Below are positions 45,486-55,584 of a DNA stretch of 64,000 nucleotides, in pieces. The stretch is taken from the sequence record JN849462.1. One strand, written 5' to 3'. Under the pieces are notes generated by a model that was not told where the DNA came from, searched no databases, and saw nothing but the letters and a program-made list of their open reading frames with translations. The translations under genes were made by a program, and so were the position numbers. Positions within the stretch are counted from its first letter, which is position 1. Each line of letters begins with the position of its first letter.

Positions 45486-45946
45486 AACTCGTACCGATGA
45501 CGGTCGATTACAGTGAGGATATTTACACGATGTGTAAGTATCTTCTACTTAACGACACACACACAGACTGTCCAGAAACTAAGATCGGGCGATTTATGCT
45601 CGGTCGTGCGACTGGTCACACAACTTCGATGGTAAAGGCGGCTGAACGCCTACGTCGTGAAGGCTTCAACGTTCTTGAAGTCTATTACAACGAAGCGAAT
45701 CGAACAATGAATCGTCGTGGGTGGAATCATGACATGGCAACGACTTATGACAAGATCGTGCGTGACGGATTCTATCACAACGCATTCGTAGGTCGTGGCA
45801 ACGCAAACATGCCAGACATCATCTTGTTTGACACATATTCGTTTGCTGAACAACGCATTCGCGGTGTATCTACGAAAGTAGATGAATTGATGCATATTTT
45901 GCATCGTGAGTTTAACAAGAAAACTGCGTTTTTCTTCATTCAATAG
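45482..45946 (+). CDS. Hypothetical protein with degenerate P-loop-like GRATGHT
   Basis: ATGA-coupled; GRATGHTT, IILFDT. Confidence 0.65.
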   Translation: MKLVPMTVDYSEDIYTMCKYLLLNDTHTDCPETKIGRFMLGRATGHTTSMVKAAERLRREGFNVLEVYYNEANRTMNRRGWNHDMATTYDKIVRDGFYHNAFVGRGNANMPDIILFDTYSFAEQRIRGVSTKVDELMHILHREFNKKTAFFFIQ

Positions 45947-45947
45947 T

Positions 45948-45990
45948 GTTTAGACCGGTAAATAGCTGTGCTAATATGAGCGCAGCTATT
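45948..45990 (+). promoter_or_regulatory. Class B promoter with the -10 in a hairpin loop
   Basis: G-TTTAGA, 17 nt, TAATAT 45972; arms aatagctgtgct/agcgcagctatt. Confidence 0.65.
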
Positions 45991-46002
45991 GAGGAAATAC
46001 AC

Positions 46003-46212
46003 ATGAACTTAGACAATCACTTATCAATGCCAGAGATAAAGCACTGGGTCATCATTGACAGCTTCACTGGCCAAGAAAAAATTCTCCCTGAGGCGCAACT
46101 GCTTGAAGCGTTTGGTCAAGAACGTTGGCAGAAAATCACTTCTGGGATTGACGACTACTTTACAGCTTACGAGTATAACTTTGAATATACTGAACGTGGC
46201 TTTAAACTGTAA
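46003..46212 (+). CDS. gp45.2-like small protein
   Basis: GAGGA RBS; position between 46 and 45. Confidence 0.55.
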   Translation: MNLDNHLSMPEIKHWVIIDSFTGQEKILPEAQLLEAFGQERWQKITSGIDDYFTAYEYNFEYTERGFKL

Positions 46213-46246
46213 TTGAATACTATATCATAATTTTGAAGGTAAAAGA

Positions 46247-46912
46247 ATGAAACTTAACAAATCTACAATCGAAGTACTGAAGAACTTTGCAGGCATCAAC
46301 AACGGTATGGTTATTCATGCTGGTTCACGTATTCGAACTCAAGACAACTTGAACAAGCAAATCGCTTATGCTGACATCGAAGATTCGTTCCCTGTAGAAT
46401 TCGCAGTGTACGATCTGGGTGAGTTTCTAAGCGCATTGAATCTACTTGACAACGCTGAACTTGATTTCCAAGAAAAATTCGTTGTTGTTACTGGCGACGG
46501 TGGCACTAAGCTGACTTTCCAATACGCAAACGCTGAGTTCGTGACTGAAGCTCCTGAAAAAGTGAACTTCCCGACTGAACTAGACGGTGGTGCTGAATTC
46601 GACCTTAAAGGTGAAGATCTACAGCGCGTTAAGAAAGCGTCTGCGACTCTTGGTCTGTCTGACATTTGTGTACGCACTGAAGCGGGTAGCACTGCAATCA
46701 CGCTGTCAGCTACTGACGCACAAGGTTCAAGCAAGCACACGTTCGAAATCAACGTTGGTGAAGCTGATGTTGACACTGAATTCAAATTCTTCTTCAAATC
46801 AGAGCGTTTGAACATCGTCGACCAAGACTACAAAGTTTCGATTCACCCGGCGGGTATTTCTCGATTCCTTGGTCTTTCACTTGAGTACTTCATTGCAACT
46901 GAAGCACTGTAA
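46247..46912 (+). CDS. 45: Sliding clamp gp45
   Basis: MKLNKSTIEVLKNFAGIN, FAVYDLGEFL; synteny 45-44-62. Confidence 0.92.
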   Translation: MKLNKSTIEVLKNFAGINNGMVIHAGSRIRTQDNLNKQIAYADIEDSFPVEFAVYDLGEFLSALNLLDNAELDFQEKFVVVTGDGGTKLTFQYANAEFVTEAPEKVNFPTELDGGAEFDLKGEDLQRVKKASATLGLSDICVRTEAGSTAITLSATDAQGSSKHTFEINVGEADVDTEFKFFFKSERLNIVDQDYKVSIHPAGISRFLGLSLEYFIATEAL

Positions 46913-46934
46913 GAGCTAGATTTTTGTAAGTTAC

Positions 46935-46956
46935 GGGGCGTAACAGCCCCTTTTTT
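46935..46956 (+). terminator. Intrinsic terminator after gene 45
   Basis: ggggc-gtaaca-gcccc-tttttt. Confidence 0.75.
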
Positions 46957-46982
46957 GATTATTTTATTATGGGAAACGAACA

Positions 46983-47939
46983 ATGTCATTTAATTTCGAT
47001 CCAAAAGAGCTTCTATGGGAACAACGCTACCGCCCGCAATCAATCAAAGATTGTGTACTGCCTGAACGTGTTCGTAAACTGTTTCAGAAAATGGTAGACG
47101 ACAACGAAATCCCAAACATGTTGCTATGTAGCTCTTCACCGGGTACTGGTAAAACGACTGTTGCTCGTGCAGTACTTGCAGATATGGGTTATGAAGTTCT
47201 ATTTGTTAACGCATCATCAAGCCGTGGTATTGGTCTTGTTCAAAACGACTTACCGGCATTCTGCTCAACTGTTTCATTCTCTGGTAATCCAAAAGCGGTT
47301 ATTCTCGATGAGGCAGACAACTTAACTCCAGACGCTCAAAAAGCTCTACGTGGTTTGATTGAACAGTACAGCAAAAACGTTCGATTCGTTCTAACGTGTA
47401 ACTATGCTCAGAAAATCTTGACACCGATTCGTTCACGTCTGCAAGAATTTGAATTCGTGTACAACAAAGAAGAACAGCTATCTTGCGTTAAGCAAATGAT
47501 TGTTCGCTCTATGCAAATCTGTAAACAAGAAGGTGTATCGGTTACTAACGCTGCTGTTCTCAAAGAGCTTGTGAAGCGTAACTACCCAGATAATCGCAAA
47601 ACCATCGTTTCATTGCAAAACTACGCACGAAACGGCGTGATTGACGAAGGTATTCTGTCTGAAATCACCGCAAATGACGATATTTCTGAAATGCTCGACG
47701 CATTGAAATCGAAAGACTTCAAAACTGTGCGTAGTTTGATTCCGAAATACTCTGGTGACATTGCATCGTTTCTGCATAATCTTTACAAAGCAGCATACAC
47801 GCATTTGGACGGCAATAGCATCCCTGTCTTCATTCAAATTGTCGGTGAAGCGAACAACAACGCGACCACATGTGTCGATACTGAAATTCTACTAGCGTAC
47901 ACATTGGTTCAGATCATGCTTGAATGTACTTTCGCATAA
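46983..47939 (+). CDS. 44: Clamp loader AAA+ subunit gp44
   Basis: WEQRYRP, SPGTGKTT, ILDEAD, SRL. Confidence 0.96.
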   Translation: MSFNFDPKELLWEQRYRPQSIKDCVLPERVRKLFQKMVDDNEIPNMLLCSSSPGTGKTTVARAVLADMGYEVLFVNASSSRGIGLVQNDLPAFCSTVSFSGNPKAVILDEADNLTPDAQKALRGLIEQYSKNVRFVLTCNYAQKILTPIRSRLQEFEFVYNKEEQLSCVKQMIVRSMQICKQEGVSVTNAAVLKELVKRNYPDNRKTIVSLQNYARNGVIDEGILSEITANDDISEMLDALKSKDFKTVRSLIPKYSGDIASFLHNLYKAAYTHLDGNSIPVFIQIVGEANNNATTCVDTEILLAYTLVQIMLECTFA

Positions 47940-47949
47940 GGGGGGTTTG

Positions 47950-48438
47950 ATGGACATTTTTGAACTACTCGCGAAAGGTGAAGAAGCTGAGAAAGCAGCG
48001 CAGAACGAACAGGCTGAGTTCGAAGCTGAAATGAAGGCGGCGAAAGTCAAAAAACTCTCGCCATTTGACTTTCTCAATAGCTTGTACATGAAAGACTACA
48101 TCATGAACGATGATGTGAAGAGTCAATATCAAGCATTCATGGTGAATCGCGGTATGTCGAATGGCATCGACACAGTGGTTCATGCGTACATCATGGATCA
48201 AGTCGGTAGTAAACTGCCACCTGATATGCAATATGATTACTATTATCATGCAGTTCGAAAAGGTAAGCGATACAACTCGTGGGCGAAAGAAACGAAATAC
48301 GAAGCAGTTGATATGATCATGGAAATCTATCAAATCAACAAGCAAAAAGCTATTGATGTGCTTCATCGTCTGACCGCTGATGAGCTTGAGCAGTTGACTA
48401 CATGGTTTGAATCCCGAACAGGGGGCTTAACACGCTAA
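47950..48438 (+). CDS. 62: Clamp loader small subunit gp62
   Basis: MVNRGMS, QYDYY..VRKGKRY..WAK; synteny. Confidence 0.85.
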   Translation: MDIFELLAKGEEAEKAAQNEQAEFEAEMKAAKVKKLSPFDFLNSLYMKDYIMNDDVKSQYQAFMVNRGMSNGIDTVVHAYIMDQVGSKLPPDMQYDYYYHAVRKGKRYNSWAKETKYEAVDMIMEIYQINKQKAIDVLHRLTADELEQLTTWFESRTGGLTR

Positions 48439-48472
48439 TAAATATGTTTTTATTATGCTGTTGAGATTAATC

Positions 48473-48853
48473 ATGGACATTATTAACAAACTTGAAATTC
48501 AATTACCAGATGACGATGCCTTTCTAAAGATTCGCGAGACTCTAACGCGAATTGGCATCGCCAATAACAAAACAAACACTCTGTACCAGTCATGTCATAT
48601 TCTTCAGAAGCGTGGCGTTTACTTTCTGGTGCACTTCAAAGAGCTTTTAGCACTTGACGGTCGTTGTGTGGAAATCACTGCTGAAGACATTGAACGACGC
48701 AACAACATCGCCAAGTTACTCGAAGATTGGAACTTGTGTAAGATTGCTCATCCTGAGTCACATGAATTCACTGGTGACAATAAATTCCGCGTGATTTCGT
48801 TCCGCGATTCTAAAAACTGGAATCTAAGGTACAAATATCGCATAGGATCTTAA
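48473..48853 (+). CDS. regA: Translational repressor RegA
   Basis: FLKIRETLTRIGIAN, LYQSCHILQKRG.YF.VHFKELL.LDG. Confidence 0.96.
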   Translation: MDIINKLEIQLPDDDAFLKIRETLTRIGIANNKTNTLYQSCHILQKRGVYFLVHFKELLALDGRCVEITAEDIERRNNIAKLLEDWNLCKIAHPESHEFTGDNKFRVISFRDSKNWNLRYKYRIGS

Positions 48854-48855
48854 AA

Positions 48856-49482
48856 TCACTTAGACTTGCAATTGTCAAAGTGGTGACGAGTCATTGCACC
48901 GCCCTTTTTGCCTTGCTTTCCGCAATGCGGGCACGTGACAACGGGGAGATTCAAAAGAGCCTCGCGTATTTTCTGCGAGTGTTCTTTTGATTTCGAGACA
49001 CCTTTTCGTGATTTTGACATTTTTTCTTTTGTTGTATCACTAGTGGGTTCTCTATTCTCCCATGCCTTTTTAAGGTTTTCACGATGTTCTTCGCTGAATG
49101 GGGCACGTTTGATACCTGTCAGTGTTTGAGAAATGGCTTTTGCATGAGCTTCACGTGCATAACGATAGCTGTGCGAATTGTGTCGATTATCGTTGGCTAG
49201 TCGATGCCACGCATGTGCCATTTTGTTATTGTTATAAATTTTAAACAGGAGCCAGTGGACTAAGAAGTGTTCTCTTGCAGTGAGTACTACAAGATTACTC
49301 TTTTCTTCTGAATCCATGTCAAATACGTATTCATCACGTTCTATACTCTTGGTATATCTACACATAGACTTAGGTAATATGTGATGGAGTTCTACGTAGA
49401 CTGGTGCAGTTGACTTCGTCCACGCTCTTTCGACTGCTCGATTTATAATTTCGTCGTGTATTCTTTTGTAATTCATATGCAT
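48856..49482 (-). mobile_element. Free-standing HNH homing endonuclease (Mob-like) with NUMOD3-type repeats
   Basis: ELHHILPKS..NLVVLTAREHFLVH; SEEHRENL, TKEKMSK; CPHC; probable start 49476. Confidence 0.85.
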
Positions 49483-49500
49483 TCCTAAAAGGTTTCTTTG

Positions 49501-49508
49501 TATTTATA
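49501..49508 (-). promoter_or_regulatory. Consensus late promoter TATAAATA for the HNH gene
   Basis: tatttata on + strand. Confidence 0.75.
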
Positions 49509-49550
49509 ACGGAATAGTCGAAAATTCGGGTTTTATTTGAGGAATACACT

Positions 49551-50069
49551 ATGAACAACGAACGTTTTCAAGAACTACTACAATTCGGCGGTGAATTCGA
49601 AGCTGCTGTTGAGCCTAAGATAGCAAGAGTGTTCTGTCACGCTGACCCAGACGCAATGCTAATCAATACGGCAACATCCAAAACAGACCAGAAACATAAG
49701 CGCGGTCAACGCCTCATGTACTGTCAAGACACATCCGCAAGCTTTATGCTACCTGACGTGTTTGTTTTCACAAAAGGCAAACAATTCTGCGTAGAAATCA
49801 AATGCAAGAAACGCTTTTACCGACACACTGATGGTAAATTATATGGCGTAATCGACACCTACAAAGTTCAAGAGTATCGCGACGCAGTTCGCCACATGGG
49901 ATTTGATGGTATTTTCTATGTGTTCGGTGATGAAGAAACACGCTCGGTTTATTTTGCAAAAGACGACCCGATTGACATCAAAATACCTGCGTTTCGCGAA
50001 TACAAAAACAAAAAAGGTGAGTTTAAAGCCTGGCTAATCGACGATTTGCACTTTTTAGGGAAATGGTAG
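49551..50069 (+). CDS. Putative PD-(D/E)XK endonuclease
   Basis: GGEFE..LPDVFVF..CVEIKCK. Confidence 0.6.
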   Translation: MNNERFQELLQFGGEFEAAVEPKIARVFCHADPDAMLINTATSKTDQKHKRGQRLMYCQDTSASFMLPDVFVFTKGKQFCVEIKCKKRFYRHTDGKLYGVIDTYKVQEYRDAVRHMGFDGIFYVFGDEETRSVYFAKDDPIDIKIPAFREYKNKKGEFKAWLIDDLHFLGKW

Positions 50070-50098
50070 TTTAGAACTTCATTTTTCTCTGATAGCAT
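50069..50098 (+). promoter_or_regulatory. Class B promoter for gene 43
   Basis: G-TTTAGA, 17 nt, TAGCAT 50093. Confidence 0.55.
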
Positions 50099-50129
50099 AA
50101 CAGCACGTAACAACTTGTGAAGGAATAAC

Positions 50130-52682
50130 ATGACAATCTATACATCAATTGAACGAATCGGCTCTAATCTTTGCGAACGCTACATCGACGACGACGGTTT
50201 TGAGCATATGCGCAAAGTGAAATACGAACCGACGTTGTTCATTCACTGCAATGAAGAAACTGGATACAAAGACATTTACGGTCGCAACTGTCGCCCTAAG
50301 ATGTTTGACACAATGGGCGAAGCGAGTAAGTACATCAAAGACACGAAGCAGTTCAACGAAGTGCTTGGTATGGATGATTTCATCGTTACGTATATCTCAG
50401 ATGTGTATAAGCAGCGTGAATTCGATATGTCTCGCATTCGCATTGCTAACATAGATATTGAAACTCCGTCTGTGGAGTTCCCTGAAGCAGCACATGCGCC
50501 AGTGCCAATCACGTCAATTGGTCACTATGACAACATCGACGATAAATTCTACGTTTACGGTATCCCGTCAAACACTGAGTGGAAACGCGAAAGCAGCATC
50601 GTTAAGCCAGAGCTTCTAGAAAAGACTGTTTACATTCGATGTGCTACAGAAAAAGAGCTACTTGTTAAGTATCTTCAATTCTGGCGTGAGAAAACACCAG
50701 CAATCGTAACAGGTTGGAACATTGAATCGTTCGATATGCCGTACATCGTCAACCGATACAAGAATCTGTTTGGCGAGAAAGTGATGAACAGCTTGTCACC
50801 ATGGGGTAAAGTTCAAGTATCAACTACAGTCAACGACTACGGTCAAGAAATCTGTAAAGTGAACATTCTCGGCGTATCTGAACTCGATTATCTTCAACTT
50901 TACAAGAAATTCACGTATGTGACACGACCATCATATCGTCTAGATTACATCGGTGAAGTTGAGCTTGATGAGAAAAAGGTCGAGTTCGAACAAGCGAACT
51001 ACCTTGAGTTCTATGAGCAAGATTATCAGAACTTCATTGACTACCAGATTCAAGACGTTAACTTGGTTAAGCGCCTAGATGAGAAGCTTCAGCTAATGCT
51101 TTTGACTATCTCTCTAGCGTACTATGCTGGTATCAACTATCAAACGGTATTAGGCACAATCAAGCCGTGGGATGCAATCATCTTTAACAGCTTGAAAGCT
51201 GAGAAGAAGGTTGTTCCGATGATGCGTTCTCACGAAGGTGGACGATTCATGGGTGCGTTTGTTAAAGCGCCTCAAGTGGGTTACCATCGTGGCATTGGCT
51301 CTTTCGACTTGACATCACTATACCCGTCGATTATTCGCGAATGTAACATTTCACCAGAAACAATCGTTGGTCAGCTTGACTACGAAGGGTCTCTTGAAGA
51401 TCGTATCGACAAGATTGTTGAAGGGTTGATCACGTTCCCTGCTGATGAGTTATCAAACAGCGCGAACGGTATGCAGTATCGCAAAGACGTACGCGGCGTG
51501 ATTCCAGTTGAAATTGAGAAAGTTTTCTTCCAGCGTAAAGCGAATAAGAAGAAAGCATTCGAATACGAGCAACAAGCAATCGACATCCAGAAACAGATGG
51601 ATGAACAAGGTGAAACGCCTGAACTGCGTGCAGCGTATGAAGAAGCGAAACATCAAGCGAAGATCTACGACGTACAGCAAATGGCTCGTAAGATTCTTAT
51701 CAACTCACTCTATGGTGCGTTAGGTAACGAATACTTCCGATTCTATGACTTGCGTAACGCTGAAGCAGTAACAGCTTACGGTCAGCTTGCAATCAAGTGG
51801 GTAGCGCGTGACGTGAACATTTGGTTGAACAAAGTTTGTAAGACAACTGACAAAGACTACGTGATTTACGGTGATACCGACTCAATCTACGTTAACTTCG
51901 ATCCGTTGCTTGAACTGACAGGCATCAACAAGCTTGAGGGTGACGACTACACAGACAAATTCGCTAAAGTATGTGAGACTGTTGAAACGAAAGTTATCAA
52001 CCCGTCATACGAAGCACTTCACAAGTACATGAACACGTACGAGCGTCAAATGTTCATGGATCGTGAGGTACTAGCACGTACTGGCTTCTTTATCGCGAAA
52101 AAGCGTTATGCACTTGACGTACAAGATAACGAAGGCATTCGTAAACCGAAGCTGAAAATCATGGGTATTGAGACTCAACGTAGTTCAACACCACCACTTT
52201 GCCAAAAAGGTCTTAAAGAAGCAATTCGTTTGATTCTGCAAGAAGGCGAAGCGAAGCTTCAAGAATTTGTAAAGGGGTATGAGAAAGAGTTCAAGGCAGC
52301 TCCGTATCAAGAAGTGTCATTTGTATCTAGTGCAAACAACATGAACAAATACTCTGATGATAAAGGTAATCCTGGTAAGGGATGTCCGGGTCACGTGAAA
52401 GGCGCGCTGTACTACAACAAGCTTGCTGAAGAGCACGGGTTCGACAAGATCAACGAGGGTGACAAAATCGCTGTTGTGTTCTTGACTCGAAACAAGCACG
52501 GTATTGACCGTATTGCTTACCCGTCTGGCGGCAAACTGCCTGAAGCAATCTCATACTTGATTGAACACGTTGATTACAATCGTCTGTATGAAGATAAGTT
52601 CATCAAACCGTTGAGCGCGATTTCTGAAGCAATTCAGTTCGACTACAAGAAAACAATCACATTGGAGAGTTTCTTTGGCTAA
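50130..52682 (+). CDS. 43: Family B DNA polymerase gp43
   Basis: [45 protein letters not shown]; unsplit. Confidence 0.99.
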   Translation: MTIYTSIERIGSNLCERYIDDDGFEHMRKVKYEPTLFIHCNEETGYKDIYGRNCRPKMFDTMGEASKYIKDTKQFNEVLGMDDFIVTYISDVYKQREFDMSRIRIANIDIETPSVEFPEAAHAPVPITSIGHYDNIDDKFYVYGIPSNTEWKRESSIVKPELLEKTVYIRCATEKELLVKYLQFWREKTPAIVTGWNIESFDMPYIVNRYKNLFGEKVMNSLSPWGKVQVSTTVNDYGQEICKVNILGVSELDYLQLYKKFTYVTRPSYRLDYIGEVELDEKKVEFEQANYLEFYEQDYQNFIDYQIQDVNLVKRLDEKLQLMLLTISLAYYAGINYQTVLGTIKPWDAIIFNSLKAEKKVVPMMRSHEGGRFMGAFVKAPQVGYHRGIGSFDLTSLYPSIIRECNISPETIVGQLDYEGSLEDRIDKIVEGLITFPADELSNSANGMQYRKDVRGVIPVEIEKVFFQRKANKKKAFEYEQQAIDIQKQMDEQGETPELRAAYEEAKHQAKIYDVQQMARKILINSLYGALGNEYFRFYDLRNAEAVTAYGQLAIKWVARDVNIWLNKVCKTTDKDYVIYGDTDSIYVNFDPLLELTGINKLEGDDYTDKFAKVCETVETKVINPSYEALHKYMNTYERQMFMDREVLARTGFFIAKKRYALDVQDNEGIRKPKLKIMGIETQRSSTPPLCQKGLKEAIRLILQEGEAKLQEFVKGYEKEFKAAPYQEVSFVSSANNMNKYSDDKGNPGKGCPGHVKGALYYNKLAEEHGFDKINEGDKIAVVFLTRNKHGIDRIAYPSGGKLPEAISYLIEHVDYNRLYEDKFIKPLSAISEAIQFDYKKTITLESFFG

Positions 52683-52983
52683 TGTAGATAAATTTGCAAT
52701 CGGGGGCGCAGAAATGCGCCCTGAGATTGGCGACGTGTGTCGTGACCACTTTCCGACTTCGAGAAATTGGCATGAGGATTGGAACACGACTGCGATTAAT
52801 TACGTGAAATACGAGCGTGATATTCACCTCGACATTTCATCTTGGTACGTAGATGCAGAGAACAATGTTCTATCAATCACGTTGAAAAATGAAGAGCCGT
52901 CGATTCACGGGATGATTGTTCCACCTCGTGTTTGCCTTGACCTGACTAAGGTCAGAGAAATAATCACAGAAATCTTGAAATAA
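52675..52983 (+). CDS. Hypothetical protein
   Basis: TTG start with GGAGAG RBS. Confidence 0.55.
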   Translation: MANVDKFAIGGAEMRPEIGDVCRDHFPTSRNWHEDWNTTAINYVKYERDIHLDISSWYVDAENNVLSITLKNEEPSIHGMIVPPRVCLDLTKVREIITEILK

Positions 52984-52987
52984 GACG

Positions 52988-53019
52988 TTGACAGTGTGCA
53001 TGAACTCGTGTACACTGTT
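52988..53019 (+). promoter_or_regulatory. sigma70 promoter within an inverted repeat
   Basis: TTGACA, 17 nt, TACACT; acagtgtgca/tgtacactgt arms. Confidence 0.6.
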
Positions 53020-53046
53020 AAAAGACTATTTTGAGAGGAAAAGACA

Positions 53047-54192
53047 ATGACTACACAAGAACTATACAATCATTTGATGACACTGACCGACGACGCTGAA
53101 GGCAAGTTCTTCTTTGCTGATCACATTTCACCGCTCGGTGAGAAACTTCGTGTGTTTAGCTATCACATTGCGTCGTACTCTGACTGGCTGCTGCCGGGTG
53201 CTCTTGAAGCGCGTGGTATCATGTTCCAGCTTGACGAACAAGATAAGATGGTTCGTATCGTGTCTCGCCCGATGGAGAAATTCTTCAATCTGAACGAGAA
53301 TCCCTTTACGATGGATCTTGACTTGACGACTACTGTTCAGCTAATGGACAAAGCTGATGGTTCTTTAATCAGTACGTATCTGACTGGTGAGAACTTCGCG
53401 CTGAAGTCAAAAACAAGCATCTTCTCTGAGCAAGCCGTTGCAGCGAATCGCTACATCAAATTGCCAGAGAATCGCGACTTGTGGGAATTCTGTGACGACT
53501 TAACTCAAGCTGGTTGTACAGTCAACATGGAATGGTGCGCGCCAAATAACCGTATTGTTCTTGAGTATCCAGAAGCGAAGCTGGTCATCTTGAATATTCG
53601 TGACAACGAAACAGGTGATTACGTGAGCTTTGACGACATCCCGCTACCTGCGTTGATGCGTGTCAAGAAGTGGTTAGTTGATGAGTATGACCCTGAAACT
53701 GCACACGCAGACGATTTCGTTGAGAAATTGCGTGCGACTAAAGGCATCGAAGGCATGATCTTGCGCCTAGCAAACGGTCAATCGGTGAAAATCAAGACTC
53801 AGTGGTATGTCGATCTGCACTCGCAAAAAGACTCTGTGAACGTTCCGAAGAAGTTGGTGACAACTATCTTGAACAACAATCACGATGATCTGTATGCGCT
53901 GTTTGCCGACGACAAGCCGACAATCGACCGCATTCGTGAGTTCGATTCTCACGTATCGAAGACTGTATCTGCATCGTTCCACGCTGTAAGTCAGTTTTAC
54001 GTGAAAAATCGACATCTGTCGCGCAAAGATTATGCAATCGCAGGTCAGAAAACACTTAAACCGTGGGAATTTGGCGTAGCAATGATCGCGTATCAGAATC
54101 AAACCGTCGAAGGCGTGTACGAAGCTTTAGTCGGTGCGTATCTGAAGCGACCAGAACTACTCATTCCTGAGAAGTATCTGAATGAGGCATAA
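53047..54192 (+). CDS. rnlA: RNA ligase 1 / tail fiber attachment catalyst
   Basis: EARGIMF, RPMEKFFNLNEN, KADGSLI, EGMIL, KIKTQWY. Confidence 0.95.
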   Translation: MTTQELYNHLMTLTDDAEGKFFFADHISPLGEKLRVFSYHIASYSDWLLPGALEARGIMFQLDEQDKMVRIVSRPMEKFFNLNENPFTMDLDLTTTVQLMDKADGSLISTYLTGENFALKSKTSIFSEQAVAANRYIKLPENRDLWEFCDDLTQAGCTVNMEWCAPNNRIVLEYPEAKLVILNIRDNETGDYVSFDDIPLPALMRVKKWLVDEYDPETAHADDFVEKLRATKGIEGMILRLANGQSVKIKTQWYVDLHSQKDSVNVPKKLVTTILNNNHDDLYALFADDKPTIDRIREFDSHVSKTVSASFHAVSQFYVKNRHLSRKDYAIAGQKTLKPWEFGVAMIAYQNQTVEGVYEALVGAYLKRPELLIPEKYLNEA

Positions 54193-54465
54193 ATGCACCA
54201 CTTTGTATTTCAAAACGGGGAGCCGATGCGAGTCGGCAACCCACAAGAGTTCATAGAAAAATTCAACAAATATTTCCTACCAGAGCTGCAAAAACGATTA
54301 GATGACGACCCGAAAACTCGCGGTGGTCGAATCGTGTATGCGGGCCCTTCTAAAACAGACACTATTCAAGGCATTGATGTTCAAATCATGGACAAAGATG
54401 GTATCGTGTCTACGTTTTACGTGAATGTCTTCACACAGACGTTCAGTCCTGTCTTCTACCAGTGA
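54193..54465 (+). CDS. Hypothetical protein
   Basis: Adjacent ORF with GAGG RBS. Confidence 0.6.
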   Translation: MHHFVFQNGEPMRVGNPQEFIEKFNKYFLPELQKRLDDDPKTRGGRIVYAGPSKTDTIQGIDVQIMDKDGIVSTFYVNVFTQTFSPVFYQ

Positions 54466-54496
54466 TAAATACTCCCGTATGAATAATATGGGAGTA
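54464..54496 (+). promoter_or_regulatory. Late promoter GATAAATA overlapping an RBS-sequestering hairpin
   Basis: tactcccgtat-gaata-atatgggagta. Confidence 0.7.
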
Positions 54497-54501
54497 ATAT
54501 C

Positions 54502-54885
54502 ATGTTCGCACAATACAAAATCTATGTGCTATTGGCTATTGCTGCTGTGTTCATTGGGTCTATTGGTTATCTGAAGTATGAGAATGTTAGTCTTGAGAAA
54601 GAACTAGTCACTCAAATTGCTGAAGTCGAACGACTGACTGGTGATAATGAACGCTTGCACGCGACTGTTGAAAGCAAAGACCGCACAATCGAGAACTGGC
54701 GTTCAGTTTACAACGAGCAAGAGCAGTATCGAAGCAAACTTCAGAAAGATCTAGACGAACTAACCGCAACTATAGACACGTATAAGTCACGTCAAGACAT
54801 CGTGTTTAAAAAGCCAGGTCTAGTTCAGATTAAAGAGCAGAAAGCTCTTGATAAGTTCTTTGATGAGGTGCGCAATGGTCAATAA
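54502..54885 (+). CDS. Inner-membrane spanin (Rz / PseT.3-like)
   Basis: N-terminal TM plus coiled coil, KPGLV; between rnlA and pseT. Confidence 0.8.
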   Translation: MFAQYKIYVLLAIAAVFIGSIGYLKYENVSLEKELVTQIAEVERLTGDNERLHATVESKDRTIENWRSVYNEQEQYRSKLQKDLDELTATIDTYKSRQDIVFKKPGLVQIKEQKALDKFFDEVRNGQ

Positions 54886-55204
54886 AATCATAGCTATTGC
54901 TCTATGTTTGATGCTGGCTGGGTGTATAGGCACACCAAAAGAGCCAGTACCCGAGCCGCCAAAGAATGAAATCGTTCATCCGAATATGCCAACACCGCCA
55001 CCAAATCCCGGTGTCAAAATATTGGTCATTACGACTGACACTATCAAAGCTAATACAGCTTACGTGGGGTTTGAGTACGACGAATGGCTAGACTTCGCGA
55101 AATGGATGCACTCGTACAAGTCATATAACCAAGATTTGCTTGAAGTTATTCGACTGTATAAAGAGCAAGATCCGAACATTCAGAAAAAAGTTGAAAATAA
55201 TTAA
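54875..55204 (+). CDS. Outer-membrane spanin lipoprotein (Rz1 / PseT.2-like)
   Basis: Lipobox LAGC; Pro-rich; overlaps i-spanin end. Confidence 0.8.
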   Translation: MVNKIIAIALCLMLAGCIGTPKEPVPEPPKNEIVHPNMPTPPPNPGVKILVITTDTIKANTAYVGFEYDEWLDFAKWMHSYKSYNQDLLEVIRLYKEQDPNIQKKVENN

Positions 55205-55206
55205 AG

Positions 55207-55286
55207 AAAAGGGTTGCTTCGGCAGCCCTTTTTGCGTATTATAGCTTTATCGAAACGACATCGACTAACAAAGAGAGCATATTATG
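55207..55286 (+). promoter_or_regulatory. Class A terminator/promoter cassette
   Basis: 40-nt near-identity (1 mismatch) with 39847; TTGCTT, 17 nt, TATTAT. Confidence 0.8.
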
Positions 55287-55583
55287 ATTCAATTCAAACG
55301 CAGAAATCTTGTACCTGACAATCAATCTCCACTATGGGCATATGATTCAGTTGACGCGCTTAAAAGCGACGATTTGAATGAGCGTAACTTTTACAACAAC
55401 GTAACAGGTGAAACTCATAACAAACTGCGTATCACACGCGGTCGATTTGACAAGAAATGGGTTCTTCGTGCTACGTCTAAAGACAACGACTTCAAATTGT
55501 TAGTTGTCGCTGATGACTTCAAAACGAAGAAAGAAGCAATTGAATACGTAAATGACGTTTACTTAAACACAAAAGGGCTGTAA
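55284..55583 (+). CDS. Early hypothetical protein
   Basis: Follows cassette. Confidence 0.7.
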   Translation: MIQFKRRNLVPDNQSPLWAYDSVDALKSDDLNERNFYNNVTGETHNKLRITRGRFDKKWVLRATSKDNDFKLLVVADDFKTKKEAIEYVNDVYLNTKGL

Positions 55584-55584
55584 G

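Noticed and set aside
48437-48444. AATAAATA late-like box before regA
   Set aside because: It overlaps the gene 62 stop codon and regA is not a late gene in T4; likely incidental
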